The notes beneath the pieces are model-generated. The model was given only the letters and a program-made list of their open reading frames with translations, searched no databases and was not told the DNA's origin. This document shows positions 1 to 12,400 of a DNA stretch of 64,000 bases, piece after piece; position 1 is the first letter of the stretch; every line of letters starts with the position of its first letter. A program made the position numbers and the translations under genes. The stretch comes from Malacoraja senta (Eukaryota), in the NCBI GenBank assembly GCA_038087875.1, contig CM075987.1, forward strand, positions 23,748,001 to 23,812,000, given 5' to 3'.

Positions 1-213
1 AATGTCTATAATTGATATGAGCAGAATTAGGCCACTCGACCCCTCAAGCCCACGCCGCCATTCAATCATGGCGGATCTATCTTTCCCTCTCAACCCCATT
101 CTCCTGCCTTCTCAGATTTAAAATACCCAATGACTTGGCCTCCGCAGCCATCTGTGGCAATGAATTCCACAGATTCGCCACAACTCTGGCTAAAGAAATT
201 CCTAAAGAAAATC

Positions 214-310
214 CAGTCTGAAGAAGGGTCTCGACCCGAAACGTCACCCATCCCTTTTCACCAGAGATACCGCCTGTCCCGCTGAGTTACTCCAGCTTTT
301 TGTGTCTTAT
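214..310 (+). mobile_element. Short Penelope-terminal module with hammerhead core, representative of dozens of copies on both strands (e.g. 3190-3645, 7200-7410, 12090-12190, 13755-13850, 22380-22720, 22905-23145, 26780-27100, 29580-29890, 43085-43280, 49615-49815, 55305-55535)
   Basis: CTGAAGAAGGGTCTCGACCCGAAACGTC followed by ccagagatgctgcctg..cgctgagttactccagc. Same sequence family as the tail of the Penelope at 39544-39635. Confidence 0.8.
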
Positions 311-759
311 CTCGAGAAATTCCTCCTCGTCTCCTTTCTAAAGAAATGTCCCGTGTGGGTGAAAGGCCCGGAAGGTGTGGAGCTCGGAGTGAGTGCTGGT
401 CCCTGTACAGAGATCTTGATGGGATTCGCGTGAGAACCTCATCACTTGCTCGCGGTCTGACTCATCAGTGAAACGCCAAACAACCGTCTCCAGGTGAAGT
501 CTCCAGGGGATCTCGACTACTCGCTGAGATCAGCTTCCCCGCAGCTAATCTTAACAGAACTGGAACGGAAATTGTACAAGGCCTTTACTGTAATAAGTAT
601 TTTCGGGCCCTGTTGTCTCTGGGGAGAGGAACTGTCGTTTGCTGCTGTTGTTGTGAGGAAGGGGCTGGGGGAAGATGCGAGTTTCAGAATCACTTGCCAT
701 CTGGCGCACATTGAGTAGAAAATAATTAAGAATGATTTAACTCAGCCAATTGCGAAAAT

Positions 760-1230
760 GATCCCAGGAATGATTGGATTAACCTATGATGAGCATTTGA
801 CGCCACTGGGCCTCCACTTGCTGGAGTTTTAAAGGATGAGGGGGCACCTCATTGAAACGTACCGAATAGTGAAAGGCCTGGATAGAGCCTGGATAGGCCT
901 GGATGCGGAGGATGCTTCCACTAGTGGGAGAGTGTAGAATCAGAGACTATAGCCTTAGAATAAAAGGGCATACCTTTATAAAGTAGATGAGGAGGAATTT
1001 CTTTAGTCAGCGGGTGGTGAATCTGTAGAATGCACTGCCCCTGACAGCTGTGGAAGCCAAGCCAATGGATATTTTTAAGACTGAGATTGATAGATTATTG
1101 ATTAGTACAGGTGTCAGGGGTTGTGGGGAGAAGGCAGGAGAATGGGGTTGAGAGGGAAAGATAGGTCAGCCATGAATGAATGGTGGAGTAGACTTGATGG
1201 GCCGAATGGCCTAATTCGGCTCCTAGAACC
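760..1230 (+). mobile_element. CR1/HER1 LINE 3' fragment; similar fragments at 1594-2690 -, 9727-10140 -, 10620-11020 +, 18110-19160 +, 20840-21280 +, 24040-24400 -, 27616-27960 +, 44210-44480 -, 46565-46830 -, 50745-51170 -, 51675-52070 +, 52660-53000 -, 63740-63985 -
   Basis: Recurrent KGLDRVDVERMFPLVGESRTRGHSLRI..QRVVNLWNSLP coding remnant and a shared 3' UTR. Confidence 0.88.
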
Positions 1231-1820
1231 TACGAGTCATGTTGCATCGCTGGAGAAAATGGATAGGTGGTTGCCTATCAATTATCTCTAGAGATGCTGC
1301 CTGGCCCGCTAAGTTACTTCTGCATTTTGTGTCGATCCTCAGTATAAAGCAGCATCTGCAGCTCATTTTTATTACATTAAGAGTGATTTAACTTCTTCAA
1401 ACTAAATGGATCAATGTACACCTGGTTCCCCTCAGATTGCGATGCTGTGTGGAGTGACCAATGTTGACTGGTTCGTGTTCACTCATGCAGCTTGCAGCTT
1501 CACATGCGAGGGTGCATTTACCATCCACCCTGGTTGCTCTGAGGAAATGTAATTTGCCTTTGAAATAAGTTTTGGGTTTGCTGTGTGACTTCATAGAGTG
1601 ATACAGCGTGGAACCAGGCCCTTCGGCCTAACTTGTCCTCACCGGCCAACATGTCCCAGCTACACATGTCCCACCTGCCTGTGTTTGGCCCATATCCCTT
1701 CAAACCTGTCCTGTCCATGTACCTGTCTAACTGTTTCTTAAACCTTTGGATATTCCCAGCCTCAATTATCTCCTCTGGCAGCTTGTTCCATACACCCACC
1801 ACCCTTTGTGTGAAAAAGTT

Positions 1821-2345
1821 CGTAATGGTACCATTTGGCGTCGCCGTTTCGCCGCCTCCGTTTTGAAGGCGCCGAACTTTTGCTAATTCATCTAATTCAT
1901 CTTGGAAAGCTGTTATATACTTATCACCTAGTTCTTCTTAATTCGTTGTTTAGACAACAGTATTCAGTTAATTTATCTTAATAATGGCTGAAAATATTGC
2001 TTGGTTGCCAGGCATGCACCTAAACAAAACCTCCCTTAAATACAAGAGAGCTGATGAGCGCATTTTAAATATTGTACAACAGTTTGGTACAAGGGATCGA
2101 CTAGAATACTTGCGTGGTTTATCCCATAACTATGAGATACATTAAGTTATTGAATTTATTTTATACTAACTTTTTTTAACCAATTTTTAATTCACCTATT
2201 CTTTATTTAATAAAGGCTCCCAAAACAATTGAAAACTATAGGAATTAACATGAACTAAGTGATAAGCATTAACTATGGGCGGCGCCAAAACGGAGGCGCC
2301 AAAACGGAGGCGCCGAAACAGCAGCACCAAAAAGTACCCAACCCG
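1821..2345 (+). mobile_element. Internally deleted Mutator-like (MULE) DNA transposon inserted in a CR1 fragment
   Basis: Imperfect TIRs with repeated GGCGCCAAAACGG(A) units. 8-9 bp TSD (g)aaaaagtt/(g)aaaatgtt. The internal ORF 1984-2145 ends KYKRADERILNIVQQFGTRDRLEYLRGLSHNYEIH, resembling animal MULE transposase C-termini. Confidence 0.7.
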
Positions 2346-5300
2346 AAAATGTTACCCCTCAGATTCCTGTTAAATCTTCTCCCCTTCACCTTATACCTAT
2401 GTCCTCTGGTTCCTCGATTCACCTACTCTGAGCAAGATGCTCTGTGCGTCCACCCGATCTTTTCCACTCATGATTTTATACACCTCTATAAGATAGCACC
2501 TCATCCTCCTGCGCTCCAAGGAATAGAGACCCAGCCTACTCAACCTCTCCCTATAGCTCACACCCTCTAGTCCTGGCAACATCCTCGTAAATCTTCTCTC
2601 TACCCGTTACAGCTTGACAACATCTCTCCTGTAATATGGTGCCCAGAACTAAACACAATACTCTAAATGTGGCCTCACCAACGTCTTATATCACTTCAGT
2701 TGGGAGTCACTTTGGGATTTGAATCGCAGACACCCAGAGCTGCATGCTTCCTTCATGAAAGTACATCAGTGACAAACGTTTTTTTTACACACAAGAATAA
2801 GATTGTTTTACTTTTAAATTTGGGTTCAAAATGGTAGACTGCAGTTATAGAATTAATCGCTGGATGAACAGATGAGGGAATCAACTACACCCTTGTGGCA
2901 CAGTTTCAAAGCACACTCTCCAGCGTCGGCAGATAATGATCAGGGGCAGCGATTCATATTCCTAATCCTGTCCCTCTGACAGAAGTATCTTCTGTCAACC
3001 TCCTTCCACAGCTTCCTTCTACTCCCCCATTCAATCATGGCTGCTCTATCTTTCCCTCTCAACCCGATTCCCCTGCCCTTGTCCCCGTAACCCCTGACAC
3101 ACATGCCAATCAAGAATCCGTCGATCGCCGCCCTTCTATTCACCCTTCCATGTTCTACAGGGGTGAAGGAGTCGTATATGCAGTGTGGTGTAGGAAGGAA
3201 CTGCAGATGCTGGTTTAAACCAAAGATAGACACAAAAAGCTGGAGTAACTCAGCGGGACAGGCAGCATCTCTGGAGGGAAGGGATGGGTGACGTTTCGGG
3301 TCGAGACCCTTCTTCAGACTAGTCAGGGGAGATATAGACGATGATTTAGAGGGGATGTTGCAGAACTCTCATCAGAGAGAGGATGAGAACTTCTTCAAAG
3401 TAGACAGACCTTGGGGAGATTTCGCCTTCCTTCACATTTTGTCTGCTCCACTGCGAAATCTTCTCAAGGTATGTCTACTTTGAAGCTCTCCTCCTTTCTC
3501 CGCCGAGAGTTCTGCAACATCTCTCTACATCATTGTCTCTATCTCTCGTTGACTAGTCTGAAGAAGGGTCTCGACCCGAAGTGTCACCCATTCCTTCTCT
3601 CCAGAGATGCTGCCTGCCCCGCTGAGTTACTCCAGTTTTTTAGTGTTTATATGCAAGCTGCGACCTATTTGTGAAACACTTTGGCACACACTATCCATTG
3701 AAGCACCTTTAGAAATGCAAGTTGCTTCTAAACTATTGCCATCCCCCCCCTCCATTCACCCAACAATTTAGGCTGCTAGCATCAGCGCATTAGCATTCTT
3801 GAAGGTAGACAAAAAAGCTGGAGTAACTCAGCGGGTGAGGCAGCATCTATGGAGCGAAGGAATAGGCGATGTCGCCTATTCCATCGTTCCATAGATGCTG
3901 CCTCACCCGCTGAGTTTCTCCAGCTTTTTTGTCTACCTTTGATTTTTCAAACATCTGCAGTTCTTTCTTAAACATTATCATCTTGAAGTACCTTTTTAGG
4001 TTCTTATTTTTATCCTGCTTTGTAGTCAAGCCCAAGTGATGCCCTGGATTTGTGATATTTAAATCCACCAGTATTTTTAGTTTTTTTGTTGTTTAGTTTA
4101 GAGATACAGCGCGGGAACAGGCACTTTGTCCCACCATGTCCGCGCCGACCAGTGATCCCCACACACTAACACATTGGAGTGCGGGAATACTTCATTGGAG
4201 TGCGGGAGGAAACCGAAGATCTCGGAGAAAACCCACGCAGGTCACGGGGAGTACGTGCAAACTCCGTACAGACAGCACCCATAGTCAGGATCGAACCCGG
4301 GTCTCTGGCGCTGCAAGGCAATAGCTCTACCACTGCGCCACCATGCTGCCCTAATTCTATTGCTTCTGTGCTTACGTTGAGCTGGCTTCAAGCTGTTTTG
4401 TGTCGGGACAATTGATGAGGATGAGAGGGAACAGCGATTCTCTGGAGATTCAATGCCATGAGGAAAAATGACTGACTGTAAGGTGGTCTTCAACACATTA
4501 GGTACACCATTGTACTCTCAGAGGTCACCTTTAAACTGGGTAGCATGTGTCCTTGATATGCATTCTCCAGGGTTTAGCTAATGTCAAGCTTATCAGCGTA
4601 GACTGATCTTCCATGAGATAGTTACTTTCAATGTCAACGTTGTTAATCGGTTTGCTGTGTATTGAACAAAGTGCATTTAGTTGAAGACCCATTCAGCACA
4701 TTAAAGGCCCTGCTTACTGTAGATTTCCGCATTGGGTGCGTTTCACAGTATTGACCTTCCCATCGGATTCATGTAGGAAGGAGGTAGGAATCGCCATGTG
4801 GATTTTCACGTTATTCCCTTCATCATGTGTCTGTACACTGCGGATGGCACGATAGTAAACATGTATTACATGGTGACACAGCGGTAGAGCACTGCCTCAC
4901 GCAGCGCAAGAGACCCGGGTTCGATCCTGACTACAGGTGCTTATCTGTGCGGAGTTTGTATGTATGTTTTCCCCCCGTGACTTGCGTGGGTTTTCTCCGA
5001 GATCTTCGGTTTCCTCCCCCACCCCGAAGACGTACAGGCTTGTAGGTTAATTGGCTTGGTATAATTGTATAATATGTAAAATTGTCCACAGTGTGTACAG
5101 GATCACTGGTCGGGGCGGACTGGGTGGGCCGAAGGGCCTGTTTCCGCACTGTATCTCTAAACTAATCTAAACTATTGTCTTTCCACTGACTAAGTAGCAC
5201 GCAACTAAAGCTTCGTTACAAGTGACAATATGCAGAACTCAACGCGAGTCGATGAAAAATGTTTTGCATATCTTGACGATTTGGGCTGTGTGGACAGAAG

Positions 5301-6341
5301 GATTTTACCTGATTGTTGAGGCACAACGTATGCCCTTCACAAACCCTCCGAGACCCAAGGGATGGAGAGATTTCCGTTTCCACATAATTGCCCCCCTATG
5401 ACTGAAATAATGGGACCGAAGCTGGGTTATCAGAGCTGCACGGCGTCACCTCAACATCGAATGTGGAGGGAGGAACTGCAGATGCTGGTTTAAATCGAAG
5501 AGAGACACAAGACGCCGGAGTGACTCAGCGGGGACAGGCGGCATCTCTGGAGAGAAGGAATGGGTGACGTTTCGGACCCGAAACGTCACCCATTCCTTCT
5601 CTCCAGAGATGCCGCCTGTCCCGCTGAGTTACCCCAGCGTCTTGTGTCTAACTGCCCAGGCGTCTCTCACCGTCCGCACTGCCAACTGGAAATCCTCTGA
5701 AACACTGCGAAGCTTCTGTCAGCCCAGTATCAGTCCATGCGTCGCTCGATCCCATTTTATATTTGTGCCGCAGTAACTCTGCATAATTGTTCGAATTCGT
5801 CAGCTTTGCTCTTGTGATATTGCGATATTATTCAGTCACATTCCAGGCTAATGATATTCCTCTGCCGATCTGAATTACTGTCCGACATTACAACCACGAC
5901 ATTTCTATTACAAATCCTGTTACAGTACAGTAGCACTCTGATTCCTGCCCATCTTATTCATTTCCTAACTGCATCCTCCTGCCCGTGTCTGCTCTACTCA
6001 TGTGATTCCTATTCATAAGCCTTTGTTTGAGTTCGTTATCATGTGAAGGGTTTGAGTTGCAACTGTTTAAAAGATAATCTTCTACAATTCTGATCTCGGA
6101 AACACAATAGCAATTTGTAACAAGATTAAATTGATTATTGGAAGTAGAAAAATCTAATGTATTACTGTGTGTGTGCACTAATATCAGCATTGAAAGTACA
6201 AGGTGAGGGGGATTTTGGACATGGCCATCCTATCTTTTGCTTCTCGGGTTCCGTATGTTGGTGCAACGGTGGACGGAGAGGCTCCCCCAGCATTCCCCAC
6301 TAGTTGAGGCAGAAGTTGAGTTGAGTTTGAAGAAACACTAA

Positions 6342-6670
6342 TGGCCCTGTCCCACGGGACGAGTTGATTCCAAGAGCTCTCCCGTGTTTGCCCTGATTCG
6401 AACTCGGAGATTTACGGTAATGGCCGCTCGTCGGTACTCGGGATCTCGTGGACAATTTTCAACATGTTGAAAAATCTTCACGAGTCTTCCCGAGCTTGCC
6501 TGCCGTTAGCGAGTCTTCCCGAGTACCTGCCGTTAGCGTTACGAGCCGCTAAGAGACATCCCCGAGCTCTGACGTACCCGCTACGTTCATTCTCCGTGCT
6601 TACCACGAGTTTGATTTTTTTAAAACTCGGGAGAGCTCTTGGAATGAACTCGTACCGTGGGACAGGGCCA
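6342..6670. mobile_element. PIF/Harbinger-like MITE (GGCCCTGTCCCAC TIR family)
   Basis: TIRs of about 40 bp, flanked by TAA/TTA. Interrupts a CR1 3' fragment. Confidence 0.75.
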
Positions 6671-8029
6671 TTAGACAGGTACATGGATAGGACAGGTTTG
6701 GAGGGATATGGGCCAAACGCGGGCATGTGGGATGACTGTAGATGGGACATGTTGGGCAAGTTGGGCCGAAGGGCCTGTTTCCATGCTGTCTCACTCCCTG
6801 ACGCTAATGTTTGAGAACTGCAGATAGTTGTCTCGGCTGTGAACTTGTATTCCCAATAAAGAAAGTAAAGGGGATTAGGTCAGATAATATTTGCATGTCA
6901 TCTAGGAAATGTGTGAAGAACCGGTCTTTTCACATTCTGCTCTATTATTCCACTAACAAGTCACCATTAAAGGCTGACCTGAACTGTTGCAGGTTGCATT
7001 GGGTTTATTCTCTCATGCATGCTGCATTAATATGGTATTCCCACTGTCTCTATCCTGATCAATATCTTGGTCCTCTGCTGACGTTTGATCATTTCCTCAG
7101 ACTTGATGATCTTTTTTGGGCAGTGCTTTAAAACCTTTGAACTTGTACAGTTTTAAAATTTCCCATATTAATCACAACTGGACCACTTGTCCCGACGATA
7201 CACACAAAAAGCTGGAGTAACTCTAGCGGGACAGGCAGCATCTCCGGAGGAAAGGAATAGGTGACCGTTCTTCAGACTGAAGAAGCCTGAAGAAGGGTCT
7301 CAGCCAGAAACGTCACCTATTCCTTTTCTCAGAGATGCTGCCTGCCCCATTGAGTTACTCCACCTTTTTGTGTCTATTTTCAATTTAAACCAGCATCTGC
7401 AGTTCCTTCTACGTTGGACCACTTATCTTGTTGGTTTTGTCAAATAAAATTGAATCTGGTTAATTCCTATTTTCTTCCAAACGCTAGGCCACAGCCTTCC
7501 CATTTTCACACATCCTGCTCACATTTTCCCCGCCGAGGCGATACACATCTTCCCGTCGCATTTCCACCTGTATTTCCGAAGTTATTAATCATTGAAATTT
7601 AAAAAACAGCCGAAAACGCCTCTCACAGGCAGCTTCCAAGCCTTCTCACAGTGATGATGTCACAATGCCTCTCACTGTGCACCAATCTCAATGGGCTCTC
7701 AAGCTGGCTGCCGACTGCCACAATGACATCACAATGGACGATGCCAATGGTAACGAGGTTGCTGCCCCTCTACCAATATCTGAAGGGATTGCTCATCAAG
7801 TTCTGGTTGCATTTTTGTCCCGTGATCCTGGTGTTTGGGCACAAGGCAGGGAGTGGGGAGGGCTGATCGGGGGGGGGGGGGGGGGGGGAACTCTCATCGC
7901 CCACCCCCCCAAACTCCCCATCTTCCCCCCTCGGGTGAACAACGACACCCTCCCCCCCCCCATGTCGGGAGACGTGGCCCAACGGGTCCCACTTGGTCTA
8001 GTTAATTCTTACAATTTTGGCCAACACTC

Positions 8030-8375
8030 ATTTAGTGTTAATTTTTAAAATGGAGGTTTCCAATCCACTCAGCCCCGCCTCAGCTCATAGCTTTGCAGTT
8101 TGCGTTCTTTAAATTTAAGACCCTGTTTCAAATTGAACTAAATTGTCTCTAGTCTTTGTATAAAATTCTGTCATATTATGATCACTCTTCCATGACAGCC
8201 CTTTAACTCCAAGGTTATTAATGAACATTTTTGCATTGAGCAATATGAGATTTAAATTGTCCTGTTTCATAGTTAGTTGCGTAACAAATGGATCTTGAGA
8301 ATCCATCTTCAACACTATCATTCTTAATATGGTTTGCCCAATTTATGTATAAATTTATATCTCCCTTGATTATTT
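8030..8375 (-). mobile_element. Old, degenerate CR1 APE-endonuclease fragment
   Basis: Minus-strand translations IIKGDINLYINWANH and LGVKGLSWKSDHNMTEF resemble the GDFN and SDH motifs of CR1 endonuclease. Confidence 0.55.
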
Positions 8376-9181
8376 TCTTAGATTTGCTGCATGTGCTCCA
8401 TATAATGCTTTGTATTATCATTATTGTTCTGGTTATTGGTGTTGGAGTCAATTCATTCAGTGAAGCAACTTGCAGTGAGTTAGGCAGGGGTTTAAATTAC
8501 TCTCCAAACCCACGGGATCTCGGCCATAAACATCGCCTATTGCTTTTTTTTGCAGAGATAGTGTCTGAACTGCTGAGTTCATATATCTGGTTCATATATC
8601 AGTGCATTACCGCGGGAGGGATTTGTAGTTGTGAATGAATGTTATACCAATGCAGGTGTGATTCTAAGGGAGTGCAGCACAGTTGGAGGGGATGGTATTG
8701 AGGCGTGCTACACTGATGTGGTGCAACTCTGAAGGAGTGGACCATTGATAAGAGTTGGCGGTACTGGGTATGTCTGTGCTCTGTGAGGGGTGGTACAATA
8801 CATTCAATACCGTTTATTGTCATTTGAACCTCAAATGAAGTTCAAACGAAATTTGGTTTCTGCAGTCATACAACAAGAAAAGAACCAAGACACAACACAA
8901 TTTACACAAACATCCATCACAGTGAATCTCCTCCTCGCTGTGATGGAAGGCAAAGTCTTGTCTTGTCTCTCCCCTGCACTCCATTCTTCTCCCGATGCCA
9001 TGAGTACTGATTGAGTACAGGAATGTCGTGCGGCAGCTTTGAGGAACCATTAGGTAGGGTGGCACAGTGGTGGAGCTGCACCAGAGACCCGGGTTGCATG
9101 CTCTCCCCTTGACCTGCGTGGGTTTTCTCCAGGATCTCTGGTTTCCTCCCGCACTCTAAAGCCGCACAGATTTGTAGGTTA

Positions 9182-9463
9182 AGGCCTTGTCCCACGATGC
9201 GAGTTTACCCAAGAGCTCTCCCGAGTTTAAAAAAAAATCAAACTCGTGGTTAGTACGTAGAATGTACGTAGCGGGTACGCTGGAGCTCAGGGATGTCTCG
9301 TAGCGGCTCGTAACGCTAACGGCAGGTACTCGGGAAACGCGGAAACTCGTGACGTTTTTTCAACAGTGTGAAAAATTTCCAAGAGTAAAAAAATACTCGT
9401 GATGAGTTACCACGAGTTTGATTTTTTTTAAAACTCGGGAGAGCTCTTGGGTGAACAGGCCCT
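9182..9463. mobile_element. PIF/Harbinger-like MITE inserted in a V-SINE
   Basis: Same internal sequence as 6342-6670 in the opposite orientation. TTA TSD inside the SINE motif gtaggttaattgg. Confidence 0.75.
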
Positions 9464-12400
9464 TTAATTGGCTTGGTATAATTGTAAATTGTCCCTGGTG
9501 TGTGTAGGATAGTGCTGGTGTCCGGGGATCGCTGGTTGGTGTGGGCTTGTTGGGCCGAAGGACTGTTTCTGTGCTGTATCTCTAAACTAAACTAAACAAA
9601 AGGATGCCGTTTTAAAATGAGGCCATTGGACGTTCGGTGGACTATAAAGAGTGAATAGCTCACAGTGTTGGACAATTTCCTTAATTGATTGTGATTTTGG
9701 ATTAAAAAACAGCAGTTTATTGATAGACAATAGACAATAGGTGCAGGTTTTAGGCCATTCGGCCCTTCGAGCCTCCACCGCCATTCAATATGATCATGGC
9801 TGATCATCCACAATCAGTACCCCGTTCCTGCCTTCTCCCCATATCCCCCCGACTCCGCTATCTTTAAGAGCCCTATCTAGCTCTCTCTTGAAAGTATCCA
9901 GAGAACCTGCCTCCACTGCACTCCGAGGCAGAGAATTCCACAGACTCACAACTCTCTGTGTGAAAAAGTGTTTCCTCATCTCCGTTCTAAATGGCTTACT
10001 CCTTATTCTTAAATTGTGTGGCCCTGGTTCTGGACTCTCCCAACATCGGGAACATGTTTCTGCCTCTGGCGTGTCCAAACCCTTAATAATCTTATATGTT
10101 CCAATAAGACACCCTCTCATCCTTCTAAATTCCAGAGTATTAGAGGATTAGATCACATGAGGTAAATGTATCAGGAGATCTGGAAAAAAAGTATCGGGAG
10201 ATCTGAATGTTTTGCTGAACACTTATGCTTAGTCCATCCTTGGCCTTTGCGATCTCCGGTTGGCAAACATTTTAACCTCCCCTTCCCATTCTCAGACTGA
10301 CCTTTCCGTCCTGGGACTCCTCCACGACACGCAAATTGGGGAACAGCAACTCATATTTCACTTGGGGCAGCTTACAAACCAGTGGTATGAACATTGATTT
10401 CTCCAAGTAACCCTGGTATCCCCTCTCCTCTCTGTCCCTCCCCCCCCCCCCTAATAGGCCCACTAGTTGCGCCATCGTCCTGCTTAGTTTCATTGTTGGC
10501 GACACGTAAGTTGAGGAGCAGCATCTCATATTTTGCTAGAGCAGCTTACAACCGAGCGATATGAACGTTGATTTCTCTAAATTCAAGTAACTCTTGCACT
10601 CCCCCCTCCCTTTCTCCCCTGAGAGGGGATCTCATTGAAGCATATAAGATTGTTAAGGGTTTGACACGCCGGAGGCAGGAAACATGTTCCCGATGTTGGG
10701 GGAGACCAGAACCAGGGGCCACAGTTTAAGAATAATGAGTAAGCCATTTAGAATGGAGACGAGGAAACACTTATTCCTCACAGAGAGTGGTGAGTCTGTG
10801 GAATTCTCTGCCTCAGAGGGTGGTGGAGGCAGGTTCTCTGGATGCTTTCAAGAGAGAGCTAGATAGGGTTCTTAAAAATAGCGGAGTCAGGGGATATGGG
10901 GAGAAGGCCAGGAACGGGTACTGATTGGGGATGATCAGCCACGATCACATTGAATGGCGGTGCCTGGCTCAAAGGACCGAATGGCCTACTCCTGCACCTA
11001 TTGTCTACTGTCTATTGTCTTCCCTCCCCCGACCCTAATCGTCCTAACAGTCCCACTGTTCACATCCTAGTATCCCTCTCGTCAGCACTTCTTCCCCAGC
11101 AAACAATGGGCCGTTATGGACCCGACCCTTCCTGAGCCCGACCCATCTGTTGGCAGCCCTGTTTGTTCTGGCCTTTTCGCCTCCGTTTCCCCCTTCCCCG
11201 CCACCTCCATCTTTCAGTCTGAAGAAGGAGTCCGACCCGAAAAGTCTCCTTTTCATCAGAGATGCTGCCTGACCTGCTGAGTCACTCCAGCACTTTGTGT
11301 CTATATCTGAAACAAAGTTTGTGTTGGGGGGGGGGGGGGGTAATTGCTCGTTGATTGTTTGAGAAACTTGTGTGAGGTGCGTTTGTTTGACTCAGGTGTC
11401 TCCCTTGATACTTGTTTCCCTTCACCCGATGTCGTACGATGGGACCACGAACCAGAGTAATATCCCACGACAGACACTGGCTTGAGGATCGGAAAGTGGA
11501 GATTTTGTGCTTGACAGGGAGGTTGGTATAAAACTGGGAATTGTCAACCCAATCAACAGAATTGTCAGGAGGAGATTCAGAATTTGGAAAGGGTTTGAAT
11601 GGTGACAAAGAGTATTTTGTTGCCAGTATGAAAAGCAAATGAATAAATACGCTGATGGAAGTTTCCATTTCCTGTGGCACAGTTGGAGAGGACGATACCG
11701 CATTCATATTTCATTTTCTGAGCCAATTTGCAGGTTTCCAATGCTGAAAACTATAGTTAGCACTCTGATATTTTTCTCTTCCCTCTACTTTGTTATCCCA
11801 GCTTACCACCACCCAGCAGAATGAACATTGATTTTTCTAACTTCGAGTAACCCTTGCATTCCCTCTCTCTCTCTCCGTTCCACCCCCACTCTAGTCGGCC
11901 TACTAGTTTCTGCTGTCTTCCTGCCTAGTTTCACTGTTTGTATCCACTCATTATCACCTTCTCCACAGCCAACAATGGACCATTGTGGGCTCCATCTTTT
12001 CTTGATTATCTGGTTGGCTTTGATGTATTCTATGCACACCTTTCATTCATTTCTTCTTTGTAACTTTTCATACCTCTAGTTTCCCCCTCCCCTGACTCAG
12101 TCTGAAGAAGTGTTTTGACCCGAAACGTCACCTATTCCTTTTCTCCAGAGATGCTGCCTGACCCTTTGAGTTACTCCAGCATTTTGTGTCTAACTTTGTT
12201 TTCCTTGTTTGGTTTGATTGTGTTCATATATAGTATTTGATTGAATAGCACACAAACAAGCTTTTCACGGTACCTTGGTACAAGTGACAATAAGCTAAAC
12301 CAATGCCAAATACCAGTTGCAGAAACAAGAGGAACTGCAGATGCTGGTTAGTGCACAAAAGGACACAAAGTGCTGGAGTAACTCAGCAGCCCAGGCAGCA

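Noticed and set aside
345..720. Unique-looking segment with a TGACTCA (AP-1) site and a 74-aa ORF
   Set aside because: A single short motif and no recognisable protein similarity are insufficient evidence.
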